NCBI GenBank assembly: GCA_036158635.1
Contig: JAYYFR010000010.1
Location: 13,138 to 77,137 of the forward strand
Direction of reading: 5' to 3'
Length of the DNA: 64,000 nt
DNA from: Bacteroidota bacterium
Lineage (GTDB): Bacteria; Bacteroidota; Bacteroidia; Flavobacteriales; TMED113
The notes under the pieces are model-generated. The model saw only the letters and a program-made list of their open reading frames with translations. It ran no database searches and had not been told where the DNA came from. The position numbers and the translations under genes are program-made. Below, piece after piece: positions 1 to 9,400 of the stretch; positions within the stretch are counted from its first letter, which is position 1; each line of letters opens with the position of its first letter.

Positions 1-2
1 GT

Positions 3-10
3 TATATTTG
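3..10 (+). promoter_or_regulatory. Candidate Bacteroidetes -7 promoter box (TATATTTG) only 5 nt upstream of the ABC transporter ATG
   Basis: Exact match to TAnnTTTG at 3-10 and ATG at 16. The window edge prevents checking the -33 region. Confidence 0.25.
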
Positions 11-15
11 AATAA

Positions 16-1845
16 ATGTCAGATTTAATAAAAATAGCACCTTTTTTAAGACCATATAAGCATTTTATAGCTTTGAACTTTATTTTTAATTTACTATCCG
101 TTATTTTTTCTCTTTTTTCTATCTCTTTAATTATCCCAGTATTAGGGATTTTATTTGGAACAATTGAATTTAACCCAGAAGAAGTTGAAAAATTATTAAC
201 CCTTTCTGTTTTTTCTTTTGAGTATTTTAAAATTTGGCTATATAACTTAATATATAATTTAATTGTAACAAAAAGTGAAATTTTTGCTTTAGGTGTAATT
301 TGTTTTTTTGTCATTGTATTTTCTTTGTTAAAAAATATAACAAGATATTTAGCTTTATTTTTCTTAACCCCACTACGTAACGGAGTTGTTCAAGACATAA
401 GAAATTATTTGAAAACTAAATTATTAAATATTCCAATGTCATTTTTTAATAAATTTAAAAAGGGTGATATGATTTCAAGAATTACAAATGATGTCACTGA
501 AATTGAATGGTCAATTATTGCATTATTAGAGTTAATTTTAAAAGACCCGATACATATTATTATATTTTTAATTGGACTATCATTAATCAACTTCAAATTA
601 ACTTTAATTTGTTTTTTATTATTTCCTGTTACAGGATTTATCATTGCGCTAATTGGAAAAAACTTGAAAAAAAATGCAGTCTTAAATCAAGAAAAAATTA
701 GCGAATTAATTTCTATCATAGACCAAAATATTTCAGGAATTAAAATTATTAAAGCATTTAATAAAGAAAATTTTATTTTAAATATATTTAAAACAGAAAA
801 CGAAAAACAAAAAAAAATTGCTAATAAAGTTCTTTGGAAAAAAGACTTATCCTCTCCAATGAGTGAGAGTTTAAGCACAATTACAATGGTTATTATTATT
901 TGGATTGGAGGCTTTATGGTTTTAAATAATACTCTTCAAGCCGAATCTTTTATTGGATTTACTATTATGTTCTCACAGATTATCCCACCTACAAAATCCT
1001 TAACCTCATCTTATTATTCTATTAAAAAAGGTTCAGCTGCTTTAAATAGAATTAATGAATTTATTTTAATTAAAAATGAAAAGGAAAATCTAATTCAAAA
1101 TGACATTGAAGCTTTTAATAACGAAATCTCATTCTCAAAAGTTAATTTTTCACATGATAAACAATTAATACTTAACAATTTTTCTTTTTCTATAAAAAAA
1201 GGGGATAAAGTCGCTATAGTCGGTGAATCTGGTTGCGGAAAAACTACTATAATTGATTTATTGTTGAAATTTTACACAATTGATAATGGAAAAATACAAA
1301 TCGACTCTGTTAATATTGAAAATAAAGATTTAAGTAAATTAAGATCAATGTTTGGTATAGTTAGTCAAGATGTTTTTTTATTTAATGATAGTATTGCCAA
1401 TAATATAAGCCTTGGCAAACAATATATTGATTTTGAGAAAGTTGTTGACTCTTCTAAAAAAGCTAATGCGCATAAATTTATTTCTAGTCTTGAAGATAAA
1501 TATGACACGCAAATCAAAAACCAAGGAAAGAACTTTTCTGCTGGAGAAAAACAAAGAATTAGTATTGCTAGAGCCATTTACGGAGACTATCCAATTCTAA
1601 TTTTTGATGAAGCGACTTCATCTCTTGATACAAAATCAACCAATCATATTCAAAATATTATTAACAATATTGGGAAGGAGAAAACATGTATTATTATTTC
1701 TCATAAATTAAGATCCGTAAAAAACTTAGATAAAATTTTTGTCATGTCAAATGGTAAAATTATTGCTGAAGGAAATCATGAATTCTTAATTAATTCTTGT
1801 GCAAAATACCAACAACTTTATAAATTTGATAAATATAATGATTAA
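16..1845 (+). CDS. ABC transporter, fused permease/ATPase (MsbA-like exporter family)
   Basis: 609-aa ORF with a hydrophobic N-terminal half. Walker A GESGCGKTT, ABC signature FSAGEKQRISIARA, Walker B ILIFDEATSSLD. Confidence 0.9.
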   Translation: MSDLIKIAPFLRPYKHFIALNFIFNLLSVIFSLFSISLIIPVLGILFGTIEFNPEEVEKLLTLSVFSFEYFKIWLYNLIYNLIVTKSEIFALGVICFFVIVFSLLKNITRYLALFFLTPLRNGVVQDIRNYLKTKLLNIPMSFFNKFKKGDMISRITNDVTEIEWSIIALLELILKDPIHIIIFLIGLSLINFKLTLICFLLFPVTGFIIALIGKNLKKNAVLNQEKISELISIIDQNISGIKIIKAFNKENFILNIFKTENEKQKKIANKVLWKKDLSSPMSESLSTITMVIIIWIGGFMVLNNTLQAESFIGFTIMFSQIIPPTKSLTSSYYSIKKGSAALNRINEFILIKNEKENLIQNDIEAFNNEISFSKVNFSHDKQLILNNFSFSIKKGDKVAIVGESGCGKTTIIDLLLKFYTIDNGKIQIDSVNIENKDLSKLRSMFGIVSQDVFLFNDSIANNISLGKQYIDFEKVVDSSKKANAHKFISSLEDKYDTQIKNQGKNFSAGEKQRISIARAIYGDYPILIFDEATSSLDTKSTNHIQNIINNIGKEKTCIIISHKLRSVKNLDKIFVMSNGKIIAEGNHEFLINSCAKYQQLYKFDKYND

Positions 1846-2254
1846 TAAAAAAATTGACCATATTGCTATAGCAGTTAAAAATCTTGATGATTCAGGAAGA
1901 TTATTTAAGAAACTTTTAAATACTGAACCTTCAAAAACTGAAACCATAGAAAGTGAAAAAGTGAAAGTTCAGTTTTTTGAAACTAACAATTCAAAAATTG
2001 AACTGTTAGAAGGAATCGGAGAAGATAGTTCGGTGACAAAATTTATAAAAAAAAGAGGGGAAGGAATTCATCATATAGCTTTTGAAGTAGAAGATATATA
2101 TAAAGAAATTGAGAGATTAAAACAGTTAGGTTTCAAAACTATTAGTGAATCAATTTCAATGGGAGCAAACAATAAATTGATTTCTTTTTTACACCCCAAA
2201 GAAACAAATGGTGTACTAATTGAAATCTGTCAAAAAAAATTAAATGGAATTTAG
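1838..2254 (+). CDS. Methylmalonyl-CoA epimerase / glyoxalase (VOC) family protein
   Basis: ORF 1799-2254, with the start moved to the ATG at 1838 (MINKKIDHIAIAV). Motifs IDHIAIAV and GEGIHHIAFEV are typical of VOC/MCE proteins. 8-nt overlap with the upstream stop. Confidence 0.75.
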   Translation: MINKKIDHIAIAVKNLDDSGRLFKKLLNTEPSKTETIESEKVKVQFFETNNSKIELLEGIGEDSSVTKFIKKRGEGIHHIAFEVEDIYKEIERLKQLGFKTISESISMGANNKLISFLHPKETNGVLIEICQKKLNGI

Positions 2255-2606
2255 AACACGCAAACTTATTAAACCTGAAGATTTAAATGCAGGTCATACT
2301 TTATTTGGAGGTCAATTATTAAAATGGATTGATGAAGAAGCAGCTATTTATGCTATGTGCCAATTAAATAATAGAAGAGTTACAACAAAATTTATGTCAG
2401 AAATTAATTTTATATCCCCGGCAAGACTAGGCGATGTTGTAGAAATTGGTATTGAAACAATAAAGATAGGAGTCACATCAATAACTTTTAAATGCGAAGC
2501 TAGAGTAAAAGATTCAGAAAAAGCAATAATACAAATTGATGAAATTGTTTTCGTTAATTTAAATGAAAATGGAACACCAACTCCCCACAATAAGAATAAA
2601 TTGTAA
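2244..2606 (+). CDS. Acyl-CoA thioesterase, hotdog fold (YciA-like)
   Basis: 120-aa ORF. LFGGQLLKWIDEEAAIYA is a hotdog thioesterase N-terminal motif. Overlaps the upstream gene by 11 nt. Confidence 0.75.
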   Translation: MEFRTRKLIKPEDLNAGHTLFGGQLLKWIDEEAAIYAMCQLNNRRVTTKFMSEINFISPARLGDVVEIGIETIKIGVTSITFKCEARVKDSEKAIIQIDEIVFVNLNENGTPTPHNKNKL

Positions 2607-2653
2607 GTTTATTTTTGTTTGATGTCTAATCTTTTACTAATATTGTTTTTTTG

Positions 2654-2727
2654 GGGCCCATAGCTCAGCTGGTTAGAGCACTTGACTCATAATCAAGGGG
2701 TCGCTGGTTCAAGCCCAGCTGGGCCCA
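2654..2727 (+). tRNA. tRNA with CAT anticodon, probably tRNA-Ile2 (lysidine-modified) rather than elongator Met; not an initiator
   Basis: Cloverleaf read by hand. Acceptor GGGCCCA/TGGGCCC plus discriminator A. D-arm TAGCTCAGCTGGTTAGAGCA. Anticodon stem-loop CTTGA-CTCATAA-TCAAG. T-arm GCTGGTTCAAGCCCAGC. The C4-G69/C5-G68 pairs and the T-arm resemble E. coli ileX. The anticodon stem lacks the three G-C pairs of an initiator. Confidence 0.9.
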
Positions 2728-2753
2728 CAAAAAAATTGCCAATTTTACTACTG

Positions 2754-3365
2754 ATGAACAAAAAACATAATAAAGAAGAAGTCCTAAACAGTGGAATGAA
2801 TTTGTTTTGGAAAAAAGGTTACAAGTCTGTTGGAATTAATGAAATATGTAATGTTACAGGCATGACTAAAGGCGCATTTTATAATAAATTTAAAGGTAAA
2901 GAACAATTTCTGAACGAAACAATCGAATTATACGGAAAAATTAATTCACAACTGATTAAAGAATACTTTCAGAGTCTTAATAAACTTTCTAATTATGAAA
3001 AATTATTAAAATTTTATTCTGATCTTTTTTTAAGACAACCAAAAATTAATTTTATTGGCTGTTTCATGAATAATATCATGTCAGAAATGGGAATATTAAA
3101 TAAGAAGATAGGTGAAGTTTCGTCTAAAGTATATGATAATTTTATTAATGATATTGAACCAATAGTAAAAAAAGCTCAAGATGAAAACGAAATAACTGAT
3201 ACTATAAATTCTAAAAATATAACAGAACTATTACAATCTTCTTATTATGGTGCTCTAACTAGAGCTCAAAGTTCAAAAAATTATAAAAAAGGAATTAGTA
3301 TAATAAAAATCTTACTCAGTAGCCTAAAACCAAATAATCATAATCTAAGATTGAAAAAAGGCTGA
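2754..3365 (+). CDS. TetR/AcrR family transcriptional regulator
   Basis: ORF 2682-3365 trimmed to the ATG at 2754 because the 5' extension runs through the tRNA. The N-terminal HTH KKGYKSVGINEICNVTGMTKGAFYNKFKGKEQF is a classic TetR signature. Confidence 0.85.
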   Translation: MNKKHNKEEVLNSGMNLFWKKGYKSVGINEICNVTGMTKGAFYNKFKGKEQFLNETIELYGKINSQLIKEYFQSLNKLSNYEKLLKFYSDLFLRQPKINFIGCFMNNIMSEMGILNKKIGEVSSKVYDNFINDIEPIVKKAQDENEITDTINSKNITELLQSSYYGALTRAQSSKNYKKGISIIKILLSSLKPNNHNLRLKKG

Positions 3366-3391
3366 AAATTCCATTAAATTAACTTAATGTT

Positions 3392-3429
3392 AAATAAATA
3401 TTTTTTTAAAATTTATTTATTTTTTTTTG
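3392..3429 (+). terminator. Weak AT-only hairpin plus T9 tract downstream of the TetR gene
   Basis: AAATAAAT (3392-3399) pairs with ATTTATTT (3411-3418), followed by TTTTTTTTT at 3421-3429. The stem has no G-C pairs, so stability is doubtful. Confidence 0.25.
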
Positions 3430-3498
3430 TACAGACCATTCTGTTTAAATAAATTAGCTTTACTGTTTATTTTAATGAAATTTAAATAAATCAATGCT

Positions 3499-6400
3499 AT
3501 GAAAAATACTATTCTATCCTCTATATCATTAATTTCATTTTTTTTATTTTTTTCACCCATTATTTCTTTTAGTCAAGATGTTGACTGTACTGAATCAAAC
3601 ATTGGATGTATGGATGAAATTGCTTGTGACTACAACCCCGATGCATTGTGCCCGGGAGAATGTAATTATGATTGCTATGGTTGCCTTGATCCTGAAGCTT
3701 GCAATTACAATCCAAACGCCACACTATCTTATAATTATTGCGCATACACCGACCTAGGATGTGGTTGTGGATTTCCAGCTGCAGAACCAGGATACGATTG
3801 TTACGGAAATTGCATAGTAGATGAAAATGGCGATGGAATCTGTGATGAAATTTATGGATGTACAGATCCAATTGCACCTAATTATGTTCAAGAAGCAAAC
3901 ATTGATGATGGATCTTGTGAAGAGGTAATATATGGTTGTATAAATCCATTCGCTGAAAATTTTGATGAAAATGCAAATACTAATGACGGAAGTTGCGAGT
4001 TAATTGGATGCATGTCAGAGGGGGCTTTAAATTATTCTGAAGCAGCAACCATTGATAACGGTGACTGTGTTTGGTTAGAACCGGTTGTTGAAAACACATG
4101 TAACGGAAGATACCTTGATAAAATATTTCCTGAAGTAGAAGTTGAAACGGTTACTTACTCAGATATTTATGGTTTACAACTTGATATTTATACTGGAGTT
4201 GGAGATACAATTGTTGAAGACAGACCTCTTATAGTATATATTCATGGAGGTGCCTTCATTTCTGAATTTGGAGACAGAACTGGTCCTCAAGCAACTTATG
4301 TGGCCACTGAAATGGCACAAAGAGGATATGTTGTTGCATCAATTGACTACAGAAAAGCGAGTTTATTTCAAATTCTTTGTGGAGGGTTATGTGATCAAGG
4401 TTTTGGAGATATAACTCCCTGGGCTCCATGGCAATATTGGGACTACATTGGTGACCATATAGGAAAAGCCTTTAGTGACTCTAAAGCAGCAATTAGGTAT
4501 TTTAGAAAATCTGTTGCAGAAAATAATCCTTATAGAATAGATCCAAACCATATATATGTGGGGGGGCACTCCGCAGGGGGAATTATTTCGAACCATATTA
4601 TATTAGAAAGTAATGAAGATATTAACCCATCACATCCAATATATGATTACATAATGGATAATGGGGGATATTTTGGTGATAGTGGAAATTTTGGATTTTC
4701 ACATGATGTAGCAGGTGGTTTTCCTTTGGCAAGTGCTATTTTCCCAACTGATTTTAGTAATATAACTGAGGATGATTTTGATAAACTTTATATTTCTGTT
4801 CATGGTGAAGCTGATAATATTGTTCCTTATGGATTTGGTCAAATAATCCCTATTGTGTCTTTTCCTTTTTCTGGTTTAATATTTCCAAATTGCCAGGGTA
4901 GTGGAGCAATGTCTAACTATATGGATGATATAGGAATGGAAAATCATCACTTATCCTTCCAAGGAGACCCTTGGTTTACTGCCGGGCACAATTTTGAACA
5001 ATGGGGGCCAAATGGTCAAGAAGCTATGATTACTTTTGTAACCACTCACTTGTTCAACAACTTACCATGTTCTGCGGGGGACATTGGATGTACTGATGAA
5101 ACAGCATGTAATTATAGTCCGAGTGCAATAAACGATGATGGATCTTGTTCGCAAATAAGTGGATGTACAGACCCAAATGCTTGTAACTTTGATATCAATG
5201 CAGGATGTGATGATGGATCTTGTATTGGACTTGCCGGATGTATGGATGCAAATGCTTTCAATTACAATGAAATCGCAACTTGTCAGTTATCAAATGCATG
5301 TATTGAAATTATTGAGGGTTGCACTTATTTATACGCAAATAATTATAGCGAAATAGCAAATACTGATGATGGTAGTTGTCAAATAGAAGGCTGTACGGAT
5401 TCATCTGCATCTAACTACAACCCTGAGGCAACTGATGATAACGGATCGTGTTACTTCACCCCTGACTGTATACAAATAACAACTGAATTTATTAGTGAAT
5501 GTGGTTCTTATACTTGGTTTGAAGAAAATATTGACACTACTGGATTATATAGTCCTAGTTTTTTAAGCCCGATTAGTCCTGATTATGGAGGTTTTGATGT
5601 AGATATGTCCAATCCTTCTTCTTTATTAGTAGGAAAACCTGAAGAAAATAATAATGATGGTTTGATAAGTATGTATATAAGAAACGGAGATGAATGGATT
5701 CAAAAAGGTGATGATTTATTAGGGCAGGGTTTAGATAATTCAGAAATTGGAGATCAATTTGGTTTCTCAGTCGCTATGGGAGATGTTAATACAATTGCAA
5801 CTTCTTCTCCATATTCAGACTACATGTATACAGTTTGTGGAAACCCGTATTGGACAATTAATTGTGAATGGTCGTGCCCTGCTTGGCCATTTTGGTGTCC
5901 TGGTTTAATATGCTTTCCATCTTTCCAGCAAGACTGTGACAATATATATCAAAACAACAAAGGAATAGTAAATGTTTATAGTTGGGTGAATAATCAATGG
6001 GAATTAAAAGGAGAAACAATATGGGGGGAATTTGAAGAAGATTTTAGTGGGAATGAAATTGATATGGCAGACTCAAATACAATTGCAATCGGCTCGTCAA
6101 ATACTGGTCTTACAGAGTCTGGATTTATTGGTAATTTAAAAGTTTTCAGTTTTCAAGAAAATGGATGGGTTCAAAAAGGTGAAAATTTCTATGGTGAAGA
6201 AGGTGGAGATGAAGTTGGAAAGGGATTCAGTATGGGCGATAAAAATACCATTGCAATATCCTATAAAAATCAAAACAAAGTCAAAGTATTCGAGTGGAAT
6301 GGAAACGATTGGTTACAAAAGGGACCACCAATTATTGTAGGAAATTTAAGCCAATCAGTTTCAATGTTCAATAATTCTTCATTAGCAATTTCAGGAGATT

Positions 6401-9400
6401 CTCAAACAGAAGTTTATGATTGGAATGGCACTTATTGGGTAATAAAAGGCAGCCCTATTTTATTTTCTGGGGGTGAAAGTGTTAGTATGGGTGGACCAAA
6501 TACTATTTCGGTTACAAGCTCAGAGTCTATTGCTTTATTTAGATTTGAAAATGAAGAATGGTTACTAAAAACCCAAACATATAATAATCCTGGTACAGTT
6601 GTTATGGGTAACCCTAATATTCTTGCAATACCAGGTCAAGTGTTTGAGTATATTCCTGAAGTTAATGAGGACGGATGTCAGGAATTTACTATGATTAATT
6701 TAACTATTGATGACCCGGCCACTTCAGGTTGTACTAACCCTTTAGCTTGCAACTACGATGAAACTGCTATTTGTGATGATGGTTCATGCTCAGAAATAAG
6801 TGGGTGTACTGAACCCACTGCATGTAATTACAACCCAAATGCGGGTTGCGATGACGGTTCCTGCTCTGAAGTTAGTGGATGTACAGACCCAAATGCTTGT
6901 AATTATAATCCAGATGCAGGCTGTGATGATAACACCTGCTATAACAATGACTTGGGTTGTGGTTGTGATCAACCAGCAGCTGAACCAGGATATGATTGCT
7001 TCGGAAATTGCTTAACTGACTCAGATGGTGATGGAATATGTGATGAATTTGAAATACTTGGTTGTTTGGATGTTAACGCTTGTAACTATGACTCTAATCC
7101 TACAACAGACGAAGATAATTCTTTATGTAATTATTTGGATGGCATTTGTGATACATGTCTCAATGGAATTATTATCGATAATGATGCAGATAATGATGGA
7201 GTCTGTGATGACGATGAAGTATTAGGTTGCACTGATAATAACGCTTGTAACTATAATGAACTAGCCACTGAAAATGATAACACCTGTTATAATAATGATT
7301 TGGGTTGTGGTTGTGATCAACCAGCAGCTGAACCAGGATATGATTGCTTCGGAAATTGCTTAACTGACACAGATGGAGATGGAATTTGTGATGAATTTGA
7401 AATACTTGGTTGTTTAGATATTAACGCTTGTAACTATGACTCTAATCCTACAACAGACGAAGATAATTCTTTATGTAATTATTTAGATGGTATTTGTGAT
7501 ACATGTGTTAATGGAATTATTATCGATAATGATGCAGATAATGATGGAGTCTGTGATGACGATGAAGTATTAGGTTGTACTGATGATAGTGCATGTAACT
7601 ACAATGAATTAGCTACAAATGGTTATGATGACTGGTATCTTCCTTCATATGATGAACTTTATTTAATGTATCAAACCATAGGGCAAGGTTCTGATAATAT
7701 AGCACAGTTTGGTAATGGTTGGTATTGGTCTTCTACATATGGTTATGGTAACCCTGAATCAGGAATAAATGTTGTAGTAAATATGAGCAATGGAAATACT
7801 TACGGACAAGGTTTTTATAATTCTGACATTGTAAATGTGAGACCAATCAGAAGTTTTAATACAAATTCAACTACACTACCTAATATTGGCGATTTTTATG
7901 AAGGGGGTATAGTTTTTGATATTAATGATGATGGAACCGGCCTCGTTGCAAATTTAAGTGACTTAGAAAGTTCAAACTACTCCACAGCAATTGATAATAT
8001 TAGTAATTATACTGCAGAAAATGACGTAATCTGCGATTATGAGTCATGCGTTGGTTGTATGGATACAAATGCATGTAATTATGATGAAACCTTTACCCAA
8101 GCTAATAACTTAGAGTGTAATTATTTAGATGGGATTTGTGATACATGTGTTAATGGAATTATTATCGATAATGATGCAGATAATGATGGAGTCTGTGATG
8201 ACGATGAAATATTAGGTTGTACTGATGATAGTGCATGTAACTACAATGAATTAGCTACTGAAAATGATAACACCTGCAATTACTTGGAACCTTATTTGGA
8301 AGGTATTGACAATATTGATTTCACAATAGAAAACTGTGACTTGTTCTCTGATCAAGTCTCAAATCCAGAAGACTGGCCATATGCATTTGTAGCTACTGGT
8401 CCATGGCAACCAAATAGTAATTTAGCACAAAATTTTGTAATTAATATTAATTCTTTACCACCGGGAGGAGCTAATTATCGGGTTGTAAAAACAGTTGCTA
8501 ATGGTAATTGGGATGTAGGTCCAACTACACCATTAAATTTAGGTTTTAATTATATGAATGTGGAAGAAGTTGATTATGAAAGAATTGTACGTTTTACTTT
8601 TTCAAGTGGTGAAATTGGATTTGATAGTATATTTCTAAATGATATAGAACAAAATTGTAATATATACTTATACGATTGTGATAATAACTGCTTTAATGAT
8701 TTAGATGGCGATGGCATTTGTGATGAATTAGAAATAACTGGTTGTACAGATAGTGCAGCGTGCAATTATGATAATACTGCTACAGATGATGATGGTAGTT
8801 GCTTATTAGGTTATCAATCTTTTACTTTAGTTCTTTATGACTCTTATGGAGACGGTTGGGCAGCAAATAATGGACAAACCCATACCTTGTCGATTAACGG
8901 TTCAATTTATGGTAATGATTTTACAGATGGAACAATAGCAAGTTATATTGGTGGTGATCAATTATCATATGAAATATGTTTAAATACTCAAGAATGTAAT
9001 ATTTTTGATTTTTCAGATAATGGCCAATACGAAAATGAATGTTCCTGGGAATTATATGATGAAAATAGTACTTTGGTTTTAAGCTCTGGACCTTCTATAC
9101 TTACAAATCAGTACCTAGGTGATTTATGTTTTGGGTGTACAAGTCCAATTGCATGCAACTACGATTCAAATGCTCTTGTAAACGATATAAATGATCCATG
9201 TATTTTTCCAAGTTTTGGTTATGACTGTAATAATAATTGCATAAATGATTCAGACGGTGATGGTGTTTGTAATGTATTTGAAATTATTGGATGTCAAGAT
9301 CAAACGGCATGTAATTACAACCCAGAGGCAACTGATCAGGGACCCTGCACATATACCGATGGAATATGTGAAGACTGTATTGGTGGAATTATAATTGATA

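Noticed and set aside
2682-2753. 5' extension of the TetR ORF (MTHNQGVAGSSPAGPTKK...) given in the ORF track
   Set aside because: It is a read-through translation of the tRNA gene at 2654-2727. The TetR HTH begins after the ATG at 2754.
6931-8280. Regularly spaced DNA repeats that could be mistaken for a CRISPR-like or satellite array
   Set aside because: The repeats are 348-bp in-frame coding units within one ORF. There are no short repeat-spacer units and no cas genes.
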